Virus record (IMG/VR): IMGVR_UViG_3300023174_000033
Location: 310,001 to 374,000 of that record
DNA: 64,000 nt
Direction: 5' to 3' (one strand)
The notes beneath the pieces were generated by a model. That model saw only the letters and a list, made by a program, of their open reading frames with translations, was not told where the DNA came from and did no database searches. Positions 30,313 to 41,412 of the stretch are shown here, piece by piece; positions within the stretch are counted from its first letter, which is position 1; every line of letters starts with the position of its first letter. The position numbers were made by a program, and so were the translations under genes.

Positions 30313-31426
30313 ATTTAAAAAATTAGAAGAATCTGTTAAAGAACAAGACTTCAATAAAAGTTTCAAGAACATCAATAGAGTGATGTTTATGTTGTCCATA
30401 TTTGGGCATTTTGCATCAATTTTTCTCGCTTATTTTCTAATATCAAAAATATTAGCAGGGGCCATAACTGATAATCCTGTACTCGTAGGAATAGCATCTA
30501 TAATTTTATTGGGAGGTTTGGAATTATTGAAGAGGGAAATATTTGATAAATTTTCCCTCCAACAGATTAAATATAAAAGTGTCACAAAACCAGATGTGCT
30601 ACCATTAATGATAGTTAGTATGGTTATTGTTTCAATATCATTCTACGCCTCAATAAAAGGTGCTCAAGAATTTTCATCAAAGTCCAAAGAAATTGATGTG
30701 AACATTGAATCAAAAGTTCAAAGTTATGAGGATAGTCTTAGATTAAACGAAAAGAATGAATTAGTTAAATTAAAATCAAGAATTGATGCAATTGATACTA
30801 AAATTGATGAAAAGGATAAAGAACAAACAGAACTTCAAAACGCACCAGACCTTAATAGACAGGGTAAAACAAGAATAAAAGATTTGAGGACTCAAGTTAA
30901 AGATTTGAACATTGAAAAAACATCACTAAAAGTAGAAATTGACTCGCTAGAAAAGAAAACAGAAAGGAAAATTCTTGTGTTCAAGAAACAAGAAGAGTTG
31001 AAAGGAACAGAGAAAAAGGCTGAAAATAAAGATAATTCATTCTTTTTTGTTATAATATCCACTCTTATTGAATTAGTTATATTATTTGGTGTTTATTTTA
31101 ATGAGTATTTCAAATTCAGATCTTATTCAGATTTCAAATCTAAAATTGAAAAAGATGAAAATTTCCAAAAATGGCACAATTACAATAATTTATTAGATAT
31201 AATCTACAATAGTGATACAAAAATGAATGATAAGATACCCAGTATGAAAGTAATCGGTGATTTATGTAAAGTTAATGGGACAATTTTCCTTACTAAAGAC
31301 CTGACCACTGCCTTCAAATTATTCGGCACTCTTGGTATTATTAGAACTGGTGGTAGTACAAAATACATTTCCAAGTCAAAAGATTCGGCTATTGAATTAC
31401 TTAAAAGACATTTCAACGTAGAATAA
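30299..31426 (+). CDS. Membrane protein with 3+1 TM helices and a long coiled coil
   Basis: Three N-terminal hydrophobic helices, a K/E coiled coil, then a fourth TM. Confidence 0.65.
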   Translation: MKISEFKKLEESVKEQDFNKSFKNINRVMFMLSIFGHFASIFLAYFLISKILAGAITDNPVLVGIASIILLGGLELLKREIFDKFSLQQIKYKSVTKPDVLPLMIVSMVIVSISFYASIKGAQEFSSKSKEIDVNIESKVQSYEDSLRLNEKNELVKLKSRIDAIDTKIDEKDKEQTELQNAPDLNRQGKTRIKDLRTQVKDLNIEKTSLKVEIDSLEKKTERKILVFKKQEELKGTEKKAENKDNSFFFVIISTLIELVILFGVYFNEYFKFRSYSDFKSKIEKDENFQKWHNYNNLLDIIYNSDTKMNDKIPSMKVIGDLCKVNGTIFLTKDLTTAFKLFGTLGIIRTGGSTKYISKSKDSAIELLKRHFNVE

Positions 31427-31478
31427 ACCAAGGGAAATTTGAAATTTTCATATATAATTAAAAAATAAGTTTTTAGTT

Positions 31479-31709
31479 ATGACTACGGAAAATATAGAAC
31501 TTGTTGACAAGTATGATCAACTACTTAAAATTCTCACAGAAGAAGTTGAAGTAGATGGTAAAAAAGTCAAATTGAAAGACGATTTTGAAAAGTTTTTCAT
31601 CAAATCAAATAAAACTGCGGGTGTGAGAATTAGAAAAATTATGCAGATTTTGAGGAAAAACGCTGAAGATATTCGGATTGATGTGCAAAATCATAAAAAA
31701 ACAATTTGA
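31479..31709 (+). CDS. Histone H1-like Hc1-family DNA-binding protein
   Basis: DFEKFFIKSNKTAGVRIRKIMQILRK.A..IR..VQ matches the Hc1 family common in Bacteroidota. Confidence 0.75.
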   Translation: MTTENIELVDKYDQLLKILTEEVEVDGKKVKLKDDFEKFFIKSNKTAGVRIRKIMQILRKNAEDIRIDVQNHKKTI

Positions 31710-31718
31710 AAAAAAAAT

Positions 31719-31749
31719 AAATTCCACATATTTTTGTGGAATTTTTTTT
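31719..31749 (+). terminator. Rho-independent terminator
   Basis: AAATTCCACA...TGTGGAATTT followed by a T tract. Confidence 0.7.
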
Positions 31750-31761
31750 AATATATAAACC

Positions 31762-32379
31762 ATGGAAAAATTTAGTAATATCACTAATCAAAAAATTAAT
31801 CAAGTTCCTCAATTAATTGAGGATAAAGATATAGTCAAATTACAAGCTATAAAGGCAGGTATTACAAAGTTAATGGATAACTACCTAACCATCAGGTCTT
31901 ACGGCGGAGCTAAAACAGAACAATTGATGAGCTCCGTGAAGATAAGTGGAAAAGAATTATTTATTGAAGCCCTTATTGACTTTATAAATGATAAGTCTAT
32001 TCAAGATCAAATTGAAACTTTGGAATCAATTAAAAGTCAGACAAGAGATTGGCAATCAATTGATGGTAAAATAACTGAATTAAGTAATATAATAACAGAG
32101 GAAGTAGAATTTAATAAAAATTCAAAACAAATAAGTAAAATTAAAACCCTAATTGATACTTATGGTGATGATGAAAGATTTGAAACTATTTTAGAAGCGT
32201 TAGTAAATAGAACAAAGACTAGTGAAGAAGCCGAGACATTATCATTTGTAGCAAGTAAAATGACTAAAAATTTTAAATACCTAGAGTACTCTAAAAGCCA
32301 ATTGAGATTGATATCTGAAAAGTTTTACCAAAAATCAAAAGAACTTAATTTTAGAGAACATGGAACTGGTCAAAGATAA
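31762..32379 (+). CDS. Hypothetical protein
   Basis: 205 aa, TAATATATA 4 nt upstream. Confidence 0.55.
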   Translation: MEKFSNITNQKINQVPQLIEDKDIVKLQAIKAGITKLMDNYLTIRSYGGAKTEQLMSSVKISGKELFIEALIDFINDKSIQDQIETLESIKSQTRDWQSIDGKITELSNIITEEVEFNKNSKQISKIKTLIDTYGDDERFETILEALVNRTKTSEEAETLSFVASKMTKNFKYLEYSKSQLRLISEKFYQKSKELNFREHGTGQR

Positions 32380-33127
32380 AACCTCATTCGTAGAAGAAAT
32401 AACAAAGTTAACCTCTTTGAACGAATTCATTGAGACCATCTTTGTTGATGAACCAAAAGGAACCTTATCATTTTCCAAAACAATTGCTACTGAAAATGGA
32501 ATTAAAAATCTGAATAAGGAAATTGATTATAAACTTAAATCCACAAGACTTACAATTAAATCCTGTAAGTTATTTGAAGGTAAAATAATGATTTCTGATC
32601 TTATCAAAGAAGATAATACAATTGGAATTGGAAAGTCAAAATGTGAGTGTATCACAAAGAATGTTGGAAATATGTTCTCATTGGAATTCTCTAATTTTAC
32701 AGATTTGAATATCCAAACCTTTAATTTATTTAAACAAAACATAATAAAGAAAGTTTTCAATCCAAACACTGAAGAGAAGTTATATAAGAAGATTATTGGA
32801 ATGTCCGAGGGTAAAAGTTGGATTTTGATTCCAGAAAATTTAACTTATCTTTTTGAAAATAGGGAAAATTTCACAAAAATGGATAAAATCCAAAGGAAAT
32901 TAATATTTCCAATTGGAAAACTAGGTGAGACAATAATTTATGTTAATTCGGAAGAGGTCTTGAAGGTTTATTTTGGGAATTATGATTCAATAACATTGAT
33001 TTTAGGTAAGGAATTGAAAATTGAAAATATCAAATCAATACAGGAACATTATCAAGACGTGACGAGGATAACAATTGATTATCAATTCATTCAGAATGAA
33101 CAGATAAGTTGTTTACAAATCTCCTAA
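32360..33127 (+). CDS. Hypothetical protein
   Basis: 255 aa ORF overlapping the upstream gene. Confidence 0.5.
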   Translation: MELVKDKTSFVEEITKLTSLNEFIETIFVDEPKGTLSFSKTIATENGIKNLNKEIDYKLKSTRLTIKSCKLFEGKIMISDLIKEDNTIGIGKSKCECITKNVGNMFSLEFSNFTDLNIQTFNLFKQNIIKKVFNPNTEEKLYKKIIGMSEGKSWILIPENLTYLFENRENFTKMDKIQRKLIFPIGKLGETIIYVNSEEVLKVYFGNYDSITLILGKELKIENIKSIQEHYQDVTRITIDYQFIQNEQISCLQIS

Positions 33128-33994
33128 TATTTGTAACAAAGCGTCTTCTCTTAAATTACTTACTGTTTCAAACAATCTATAAGGATAAGACCTTCTAGTA
33201 CCCACATCGTTTGTTATTTGAACTTGTAGCCTACCTGATACAATTTCCTTGTCTAAAACCTCATATACTTTACCAAAAGTCAAAGCACCATAGTAGTCAG
33301 TATTTTCAATAAGTTTCACAGATTCACCTTTTTCAATATTAACTAATTTCTTTTTTAACTCTTCTGTCAAGAATTTAGATACGTGTTCAACATTGAGTCT
33401 TTTAAAGTCATGTGGTGAGTTTTGCAACTTTTCAACCATAAAATTTATTAGATCATAAGTCAGACCTAATTCTTTTTTCAAAGAAATATCAATTTCAGCT
33501 AGAGGTGATCGATAATAATCAGAGATTCTATAATGGTCCAAAACATCAATCTCATTTTGAATGCAAAAGTTTGCAATAATCGGAGCAGACATTACAAAAT
33601 TATCATTGTATCTAACCCCACCCCTTCTTCTTCTATTACCTGAATACAAATCCCACTTGGGTGAATTTATAAATTTAGCAAATGAAATTTTACCCTTTGA
33701 TTTTAAAATCTTCTTTACAGTTTCATCAGTGGCGTTTTTCATTAAAACTTCCTTGAACTGTGGTATCTTAATTTTATTTTTATAAAATATTTGTTGTCCA
33801 CTTTTTATAGCATATCTTTCAAAGTCAAGAAAATTTATATAAGAATGTAAACCATATGATTTTGCTTCATCCCACAATTGTTTCAAAATATTATGGTCAT
33901 CATACTTACAATAGTCTGATAAGATAGAAAAATCTTTTTTGGCTTGTTCAACCCTTTCAATATTTAATTGTATTATTTCTGATTTTATAACCAT
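33113..33994 (-). CDS. Early protein with a C-terminal SH3-like LTxGKxY domain
   Basis: ALTFGKVYEV...ITNDVG..RSYP..LF is shared with 51323-51592. Host-type promoter directly upstream. Confidence 0.55.
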   Translation of the reverse strand: MVIKSEIIQLNIERVEQAKKDFSILSDYCKYDDHNILKQLWDEAKSYGLHSYINFLDFERYAIKSGQQIFYKNKIKIPQFKEVLMKNATDETVKKILKSKGKISFAKFINSPKWDLYSGNRRRRGGVRYNDNFVMSAPIIANFCIQNEIDVLDHYRISDYYRSPLAEIDISLKKELGLTYDLINFMVEKLQNSPHDFKRLNVEHVSKFLTEELKKKLVNIEKGESVKLIENTDYYGALTFGKVYEVLDKEIVSGRLQVQITNDVGTRRSYPYRLFETVSNLREDALLQILGDL

Positions 33995-33998
33995 AAGG

Positions 33999-34030
33999 CA
34001 AATATAAACTTAATAGGAAAGATTTCCAAA
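33999..34030 (-). promoter_or_regulatory. Bacteroidota-type primary sigma promoter
   Basis: On the minus strand: TTTG, 20 nt, TATATTTG, 4 nt before ATG 33994. Confidence 0.7.
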
Positions 34031-34073
34031 CCTTAATAAATAATATATATCTAATAAATAAAAATTTTGAGAT

Positions 34074-34406
34074 ATGGAAAAATTCACCCAAGTAGTAGAG
34101 GCTAAAAGGTTTATGCCAGACCCAAGTGTACTTAAAATGTATGCCTCCTTCATTATTCCCCTTTATGTTATTGGGAAATTAAAATGTGATGAAAAGTTGT
34201 TAGACGAGTATTTGGAATTAAATAAATCAGCTAATAAATATAAAAACGTCAGTGTAGTTTGTGATTTAGAAATAAACGCAATAAAAAACATCATTGAAAA
34301 CCCACTTTCAATAAGTGGATTCGCAAATTTAAAACAAGATATTAAACAAAAATTCCCTAAATTACAAAGTTTTTTAAGGAAATATTTACAATCTGACCTT
34401 GATTAA
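34074..34406 (+). CDS. Hypothetical protein
   Basis: 110 aa, TAATATATA upstream. Confidence 0.5.
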   Translation: MEKFTQVVEAKRFMPDPSVLKMYASFIIPLYVIGKLKCDEKLLDEYLELNKSANKYKNVSVVCDLEINAIKNIIENPLSISGFANLKQDIKQKFPKLQSFLRKYLQSDLD

Positions 34407-35791
34407 TGAAAACTTATTCTGAAAAATTCCTTAATGATTCAAGTATATTAAAAAAATCAAGAGTGGGTCTTGAGTTTGAATTTTATATGAAGGACCTTTC
34501 ATATTATAAAACCCTTGAAATTCTCAATCAATATCTCAATCCAATTAAAGTTTGGGGGTTTAGAAAATATCACTCAAATTTCACACCTGATAATAAGAAT
34601 TTCAAAATTGAACCCGATTTATCTGGAGGGTCAAACATGGTTGAATTAGTTACGGGTCCTATGGAATATTTTGAAGCAAAAAATACTTTAGTCAAGTTAC
34701 TAAAATTCATACAAATGTATGGTTATACAAATGAGAAATCATCAATACACTTTAATATTTCTTTCAATGAACAATCTGACAAAAATTTGAATGATTTGAA
34801 TGCTTTGAAATTAATACTAACTATTGATGAGGATGAAATATATCAAGTTTATCCTAGTAGAAAAAGCAACGTTTATGCAAAAACTATAAAGAAAATAATC
34901 CCATTCAAAGAATATGATTTCTCAAGTATACCAATTGATGTTGTTAAAAACAATTTGAAATTACCTGACGATAAGTATTATGGTGTAAATTTTCTACATA
35001 TCACTAATCCGAAAGAATCACAAAGACTTGAATTTAGGTATATTGGTGGAAAAGATTATGAGAAGAATATAGGACAAATTTCATATTTTCTTGATAAATT
35101 CATAATTGACGTTTACAATTCTATTGATGCTAAATTTGATAACAAAGATGTTGATATGTTGAGTGATTATTTGGAAGATAATATAAACAATTTTAAAAAC
35201 TTTTCCAAATATGATAATTTCTTGATTGATTTTCCACAAGTTACACTACAAGTTGACCAAAATTATAACTATGATGTTGTAAATGCTTATTATGATACAA
35301 TCTATCCAGAACTCCATGTGTTAGTTGACTCTACTGATTCCCTAAAGGACTGTATAATTAATTTTGTCACTATGACACAAAGGATTGAAGTTATTGACGC
35401 AAACATAAAACTCACTCAAAATATTAAAAAGATTGATTTTATAAATTGTATTATGGGTGATGGTATTTTTGAAAGTTGCAATATAGTGAATTCTGAAGTA
35501 ACAAACTGTCAATTATTGAAATCTAGAGTCCATGGGTGTGAAGTTAGAGGTACTAAAGTTTTGAATTGTGAGGTTGAATCTTCGGAACTATATGATTGTT
35601 TCTTTATGGGTGGATATCTGAATGGAAACATGCACGCAGGAGTTTGGAGAAATGGTAGATTGGGTCCTTATGGAAATATAAGTTCCGAAACAAAGATTGT
35701 TTCGGAAACAGGTAATTTCTTTGATACCAAATATGATGAAGATGAAAGTGTAAAGAAAGATAAGGGTGTTATGAAAAATTATAAGATTTAA
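34406..35791 (+). CDS. Putative amidoligase (COOH-NH2 ligase, glutamine-synthetase-like fold) with a C-terminal beta-helix
   Basis: GLEFEF, IEPDLS, ELVTGP, SSIHFNIS, KYYGVN and LEFR; Cys/Asn pentapeptide-like repeats C-terminally. Confidence 0.75.
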   Translation: MKTYSEKFLNDSSILKKSRVGLEFEFYMKDLSYYKTLEILNQYLNPIKVWGFRKYHSNFTPDNKNFKIEPDLSGGSNMVELVTGPMEYFEAKNTLVKLLKFIQMYGYTNEKSSIHFNISFNEQSDKNLNDLNALKLILTIDEDEIYQVYPSRKSNVYAKTIKKIIPFKEYDFSSIPIDVVKNNLKLPDDKYYGVNFLHITNPKESQRLEFRYIGGKDYEKNIGQISYFLDKFIIDVYNSIDAKFDNKDVDMLSDYLEDNINNFKNFSKYDNFLIDFPQVTLQVDQNYNYDVVNAYYDTIYPELHVLVDSTDSLKDCIINFVTMTQRIEVIDANIKLTQNIKKIDFINCIMGDGIFESCNIVNSEVTNCQLLKSRVHGCEVRGTKVLNCEVESSELYDCFFMGGYLNGNMHAGVWRNGRLGPYGNISSETKIVSETGNFFDTKYDEDESVKKDKGVMKNYKI

Positions 35792-37248
35792 TCTCCTATA
35801 TCACCCTTTCTATAAATTTTACCACTTGGTAATACTTTAGTCACCTCTTCAGCTCCAATAACCTTATTATCCATCTCAGGATCTTTGCCCTTGAACTCTT
35901 TTGGTTCAGACCATTTTATATTAAGGTTAAATGGAACTCCTGATAGATCAGTTATGATTTTGTTTTTAAACATATCAACGAACCTCTGACCAACATATGG
36001 CTCTTTATTACATTCTCCAAATATATTTGAGATAGAACCAATTCCACCATGTCCACCAGATACAGTGATTTCATCTTGGCCGATTGATGTATCTGGATTA
36101 TGATAACCCAAATGTTGTTGAAAGTTCTTCAATAGACTTGTCATATAAGCTCCCAAATCGTTCACAGGTTCACCGGATTTAAATTTTGGTAACTCGTCAC
36201 CATATTCTTCCATCGGTTTGTAGGAGCAAACCTGTAAAGTCCCACCGTATTGCAAAAGAATAAATTTAGGCTCTTTTGAAATTTTACCTTCTGATAATTC
36301 CTTTTCTATAATTGACCTAGCTCGTAGAGCGTTTGCCCAAGTACCGGTTGGTATGAAAGCTAAATCACCAATAACTTGATAACCATCTAATTGTATGAGT
36401 CCATTTCTTTGGAAAGCTGATAAGAATTCATCTTGTGAGTTAAAAACTTGTTTCTGACCTCTTCCCCTTACTCTCCTACCCATCTCACCCAATCTCCACG
36501 TTGAATCTTCAATAAATTCTTTCTTATCTCCATATCTACCAACATTATGTTCTGGATAAAGTCTTTTCATAGTGTTGAATATTGCGTAAATTGAAGCGTC
36601 ATTACAATTATGAATTACACCAATTATGGTCTTTGTGTCTGACCTTTTAAGGAATTGGTTAAAAGCGGCTGCAAATTCAAGTCTTTTATTTTCCGATTTC
36701 TTTATATCTGATAAATTAAAATCAAGTAATCTTTGCCATGAAACACCATACTGTTGATATTTAGCTGAATCAATCATGTCAATAACTGAAAGAGTTAAAG
36801 TGTCCATAGGAACACCCAATGATTGGCAAATTGCTTCATAAGCAGAACCAGTTTTCTTTTTTTGTACTGGTGATTTCATGTATTTCTTGATTTGTTCTTC
36901 AGTAAAGGATCCATGGTGGTCTAGGTAGTAATCAATCATTTCATCCCTTTCATCACCAGGCATATTAGCAAAATCAACTACTACGTTAATCAATTTTGGA
37001 TTGAGTGTGGTATACTTCCACCCCTCGGAGTAGTTCAAAACACCGTATTTTACGATTTTGAATCCAGCGTTTAATAAATATTTTTTCACTTCAATTGCGG
37101 AAAATATACCATCCATATCATCATGGGTATATAGGGCAACATTTTTACCATCTTTCCCCCTTTTTTTCCAATAATCCTCATTTTTTGGTAACCTTGGAGA
37201 GGCTTCCTCAAAAATTTTCTTCCAATTGTTAAAATCTTTTATTATCAT
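35788..37248 (-). CDS. DHH-family phosphoesterase
   Basis: HDDMDG, VVDF, LDHH and a C-terminal GGH. Confidence 0.75.
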   Translation of the reverse strand: MIIKDFNNWKKIFEEASPRLPKNEDYWKKRGKDGKNVALYTHDDMDGIFSAIEVKKYLLNAGFKIVKYGVLNYSEGWKYTTLNPKLINVVVDFANMPGDERDEMIDYYLDHHGSFTEEQIKKYMKSPVQKKKTGSAYEAICQSLGVPMDTLTLSVIDMIDSAKYQQYGVSWQRLLDFNLSDIKKSENKRLEFAAAFNQFLKRSDTKTIIGVIHNCNDASIYAIFNTMKRLYPEHNVGRYGDKKEFIEDSTWRLGEMGRRVRGRGQKQVFNSQDEFLSAFQRNGLIQLDGYQVIGDLAFIPTGTWANALRARSIIEKELSEGKISKEPKFILLQYGGTLQVCSYKPMEEYGDELPKFKSGEPVNDLGAYMTSLLKNFQQHLGYHNPDTSIGQDEITVSGGHGGIGSISNIFGECNKEPYVGQRFVDMFKNKIITDLSGVPFNLNIKWSEPKEFKGKDPEMDNKVIGAEEVTKVLPSGKIYRKGDIGD

Positions 37249-37339
37249 AGAACATATATATTAATTTATTTATTCACAAAACCCTCTTGGGGACGTTTTG
37301 ATTTAATATAAATAAGAAAATAAGGATGATATTTTCGGA

Positions 37340-37744
37340 ATGGATTTTTTCTGTGTGTATGTAAGAACGAGGAAAAAGTTAGACAAGTACATGAAATCTA
37401 ATAAGATTAAAAACAAGTACGTAGTTGACATAAAGAAGATATTCGAGGAAGATATAAGTTCCGAAAATTCAAGTTTTGAAACAGCGAAACCTTATTTAAA
37501 AATTCTTGTTCATAAGAAAATACAGGAAGCAATTGAAAAGAATAAAGATGTTTACTACGTTCCCGATTTTGACCAAGATTTCTCAATAACAAAATTATTA
37601 AATATAAGACAACTTCTCGGCATTGAGAATAATTTCAATATTTTAGTTTTTTATAATGATTTTAGGAAGGATAAAAAGATTTTAGATGATGTCAATGATA
37701 ATTTGACTAAATTTTCTAATTCTCTTATCATAAAGGATTTCTAA
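37340..37744 (+). CDS. Hypothetical protein
   Basis: 134 aa ORF. Confidence 0.5.
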   Translation: MDFFCVYVRTRKKLDKYMKSNKIKNKYVVDIKKIFEEDISSENSSFETAKPYLKILVHKKIQEAIEKNKDVYYVPDFDQDFSITKLLNIRQLLGIENNFNILVFYNDFRKDKKILDDVNDNLTKFSNSLIIKDF

Positions 37745-37778
37745 CAATTAAATATATAAAAAAAAATATTTAATTAAT

Positions 37779-39614
37779 ATGTCATCACCGGTTGGTTTTT
37801 CATTAAATAATAATGGATCATTATTTCCGAAATATACTGTATATGATGCTGGTCAAATTACAGATAAAAACGGAAATAAAAAAACAGCAGGTCATAAAAT
37901 TAAATCACTATTTGGTAGATCTGTATTTTCCCCATTTCCACAATCAATTGACGATAAAACAGGGAATGTTCGGTCAATAAGTGGTATCAGAACGGTCCAT
38001 AGTGATGATACTTATGATACTTCAATAAACTCACTAATTGAATATACAAACAAAAAAGGTAACAAAGCCATGCGACTATCAGCTGCGGATTTTGCTTACT
38101 TAAAAAAGGTTGGGGTTTATCCAAACAATAGATTGATAATTGCAAGAAGATTCCCAGGACCTGTTGGTAATGATTTAACAAAGGTTGGTTCAAGACCATT
38201 ATCAACTATGATCACGTGGTTTGATGAGGGTGATACGGATTTCTTCACACTGAATTATAACGAAGAATGGACAGAAGCGGATGCTGATTTTACTAATGTC
38301 CTTAATGAGATGGGGGAAAGTAGAAAATTATCTGGGGATTCTGATAACAAGGGTCTTTTGGGTAATTTCATGAGCGCTGGTTTGAATATCTTACCTTTTG
38401 GTGGGTTTAGTGAACCATTGCAAAGAGTTGTTTTCGAAAAACTTGGCCTTTTGTCTGACCCCTATAACTTACCATTAGGAAACCCTAATTTGATTAGAGA
38501 GGCTAAAAGAAGACAAACAGTTAGTAAAGGAGAAGCAGGTAGCGGATTAGCTTGTTCCATCACAGTAAAAATGGAAGTTGAATATGAGCAAAAATTCATA
38601 AATGGGGTTGATCCAACTTTGGTTTATTTGGATATAATCCAAAATGCTTTAACTTTTGGAACTTCCGATGCTTCATTCCAGTTCGGTAGTGGTTTTGGTA
38701 ATATAACATCAAAACTTATACAAAACCTTGTTAGTGGTAATTTCTCTGCTATATTTAATGCGCTTAAAGAAGTAGTTACTTCCTTATTTGAAAAAGTGAG
38801 TGGATTTGTAAGTGATGTGGTAAAATTTTTAACAAATCCACAAAATTTAGATTTTAAGAAAATTGGAGGCACTATTGTATCTATTGCACAATCGTTTTTT
38901 ACAGTTACTCAAAAAAGTGTTTCAGCTATTGTAGGTAAATATAAAGTAAGGTTGATGGGTATAATAAACGCTTTGACTGGTTCTCCATCTTGTCCTTGGC
39001 ATATTACTATTGGAAATCCAAAAAGACCAATTTTTTCTTCTGGTGATATGTTATTAAAAACAGTAGATGTTACTATGGGGTCTACTTTAGCATTCAATGA
39101 TTTACCAACTACAATTAAATTCGCATTGACTTTTGAAAATGCTAGACCACTTGGAGCTAATGAAATATTTAACAGATTAAATTGTGGTAAGGGTAGAAGT
39201 TATATAAAAGTAAATATTCAAAAGGAAAACATTGAAAATGATACCAATGAAAAAGAGGATAAGGACATAGCAACCTCAACATTCGAAGAATTTCCATATA
39301 ATGAGGATGGTAAAAGTGGTAAGGGTAAGGATAATGCTGATACAATTTACTCAAAATTCAAAGTTGCCGAAAATCCAAAAGAATATGATTGGTATCAATT
39401 CCAACCACCAGATGATCCCAACGATCCACCATCATATACAAACACAGGAACTGAAAAAAATGATGCAAAAACTTCTACCGAAAATAAAAAAGCCCAAGAA
39501 AAATCAAAAGCAGCTACTGGCAAAGGCGGTGGAAATAATGCAGGAAAACAGAATACTTCAAAGAAGAGTACAAAATCCGCTAGAAAGCCACCAAGTCCTA
39601 AAAAGAAAAATTAA
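37779..39614 (+). CDS. Baseplate-tail tube initiator/cap, gp48/gp54-like
   Basis: PWHITIGNP..PI...GD.L...V......NDLPT.IK..LT....RP; first gene of the baseplate operon. Confidence 0.55.
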   Translation: MSSPVGFSLNNNGSLFPKYTVYDAGQITDKNGNKKTAGHKIKSLFGRSVFSPFPQSIDDKTGNVRSISGIRTVHSDDTYDTSINSLIEYTNKKGNKAMRLSAADFAYLKKVGVYPNNRLIIARRFPGPVGNDLTKVGSRPLSTMITWFDEGDTDFFTLNYNEEWTEADADFTNVLNEMGESRKLSGDSDNKGLLGNFMSAGLNILPFGGFSEPLQRVVFEKLGLLSDPYNLPLGNPNLIREAKRRQTVSKGEAGSGLACSITVKMEVEYEQKFINGVDPTLVYLDIIQNALTFGTSDASFQFGSGFGNITSKLIQNLVSGNFSAIFNALKEVVTSLFEKVSGFVSDVVKFLTNPQNLDFKKIGGTIVSIAQSFFTVTQKSVSAIVGKYKVRLMGIINALTGSPSCPWHITIGNPKRPIFSSGDMLLKTVDVTMGSTLAFNDLPTTIKFALTFENARPLGANEIFNRLNCGKGRSYIKVNIQKENIENDTNEKEDKDIATSTFEEFPYNEDGKSGKGKDNADTIYSKFKVAENPKEYDWYQFQPPDDPNDPPSYTNTGTEKNDAKTSTENKKAQEKSKAATGKGGGNNAGKQNTSKKSTKSARKPPSPKKKN

Positions 39615-39623
39615 TTATTAAAT

Positions 39624-40082
39624 ATGAAAATTTGGGATTTAGATAAGTTGGTTAGAGATGCGAATCAAGATGATTTATATGATTTTTTTGCCCAAACTTA
39701 TAAATCACAATCTGACTATCAATTTGAAGAATATATCGTTGGGATAGAAGAAGAAATGCGAATAGATTTAATTTCACAAAAGCTTTACGGTAATGTGGAC
39801 CAAGTTCCTTTCCTACTGCACTTCAATGAAATTACAAATCCCTTAAACATTAAAGCAAATGACATTATAAGATATTGTAATTTGGATGTTCTGTCTGAAT
39901 TTCAAGAAAGTCCTGAGAGTAAGGATATTGCTCCGAAAATTGTTGGAACTAATAAATCAACAAGAAAAGATCCTAATCGTCAGAAATTTGTTGAAAATGA
40001 TTTTGCATTACCTCCAAATCTATTAGATGCCCCGCAATCTTCAATTAATATTGTTGGCAATAAATTAGTTATCGGAACTTGA
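39624..40082 (+). CDS. Baseplate wedge protein, gp53/LysM-like
   Basis: RIDLISQKLYGN....LLHFNEITNPLNI. Confidence 0.7.
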   Translation: MKIWDLDKLVRDANQDDLYDFFAQTYKSQSDYQFEEYIVGIEEEMRIDLISQKLYGNVDQVPFLLHFNEITNPLNIKANDIIRYCNLDVLSEFQESPESKDIAPKIVGTNKSTRKDPNRQKFVENDFALPPNLLDAPQSSINIVGNKLVIGT

Positions 40083-40086
40083 TTAT

Positions 40087-41412
40087 ATGGCGAATGGACC
40101 ACAGTTTATTAAAAGAATTTTAGAACCAAAAATTAAACCAAAGGAAATTACCTTTGAGATGCCGCCTGATACCGCGTATCAAAAAGAATTTATTGAGGGA
40201 TTGGGATTTCTACCATTTGTTTGGTATAATGCCTTTCAGATTGAAAATCAAAACATATCATTTTTCAAATTATACACAATTGAAAATTTACCAACACTGG
40301 AGATTTCATTCAAAGATGTTTATGGAACTATGAAAAATCAAGGAACTCCTCTTGATGATTCAATTTTGACCGTCTATATAAACCCCAGAACAAAAAATCT
40401 TAAACCAATTCACATGGATTTCAAGATTGTATCTTTTAGTGAATTGAGTGGTTTATACAAAATTACAGGTGTTGTAGATGTTTCACCTCTTTATATAAAG
40501 GGATATAAATCATATTCAAAGAAAACCTCATTTGGTCTATTCAAAGATGTTTGTAACGAACTAGGGTTGGGATTCAATAGTAATATTGATGATACAGATG
40601 ATAAAATGACTTGGATCAATACTGGTGATAGATTAATAACGTTTCTAAATACCGTTTTACAAAATGTATATAAATCAGATGAAACATTTTTATACGCTTA
40701 CATGGATTTCATGTATGCTTTCAACTATGTAGATATAGAAAAAGAATTGAAAAGAGATATAAAAGAAGAATTGGGAGTATCCAATACTGGTATCCAAGAA
40801 TTGACAAAAGTAAAAGATTCAGAGGCAACTAGTCGTCTAATGCTAACAAATGACGCGAATTTCATAGAAACAAATATTTATTTTGAAAAATATGAAATTA
40901 TTAATAACTCTACAAGTATATCTCTAAAAAAGGGTTATTTAACAAAATTGAAATATTATGACGAGTTAAGTAAAAACTTTTTAGTTTTTAATGTAGATTC
41001 ACTTATGAGTGATTTGAGTACATCCATACCGTTGAAAGGAAAAGTGAAAGATGAAAACTTTTGGAAGCAAAATATAAACTTGGTTTATGAGGGAAAGTTT
41101 GATATAGACAATGTTCATAAAAATTTCAAATACGCACCGATTCAAAACCAAATAAATTATGCTGAAATGGACAAAATCAAAATGATTTTGACAATGAAGA
41201 CCCCTAACTATAATTTATATAGGTTTCAGAAAATATTTGTTTACTTATCAAATCAAGTTAATAGTATGTCAAGCCCCTTGGTAAATCCAAGATTAACAGG
41301 TGAATGGTTGATTTCAGACATAAGTTATGTGTCCGTTGGTTCAAGTTACCGACAAAAAATTGAAGTGACCAGAAGAGATCTTCAACTATCTAAAGAGGAA
41401 TCTGGAAATTAA
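40087..41412 (+). CDS. Baseplate hub protein, gp27-like
   Basis: Lies between gp53-like and gp5-like genes; C-terminal LTGEWLI..I pattern. Confidence 0.5.
   Translation: MANGPQFIKRILEPKIKPKEITFEMPPDTAYQKEFIEGLGFLPFVWYNAFQIENQNISFFKLYTIENLPTLEISFKDVYGTMKNQGTPLDDSILTVYINPRTKNLKPIHMDFKIVSFSELSGLYKITGVVDVSPLYIKGYKSYSKKTSFGLFKDVCNELGLGFNSNIDDTDDKMTWINTGDRLITFLNTVLQNVYKSDETFLYAYMDFMYAFNYVDIEKELKRDIKEELGVSNTGIQELTKVKDSEATSRLMLTNDANFIETNIYFEKYEIINNSTSISLKKGYLTKLKYYDELSKNFLVFNVDSLMSDLSTSIPLKGKVKDENFWKQNINLVYEGKFDIDNVHKNFKYAPIQNQINYAEMDKIKMILTMKTPNYNLYRFQKIFVYLSNQVNSMSSPLVNPRLTGEWLISDISYVSVGSSYRQKIEVTRRDLQLSKEESGN

Noticed and set aside
32360-33127. Degenerate major-capsid paralogue (IGKLGETIIYVN)
   Set aside because: One short resemblance only; cannot be supported without a profile search.
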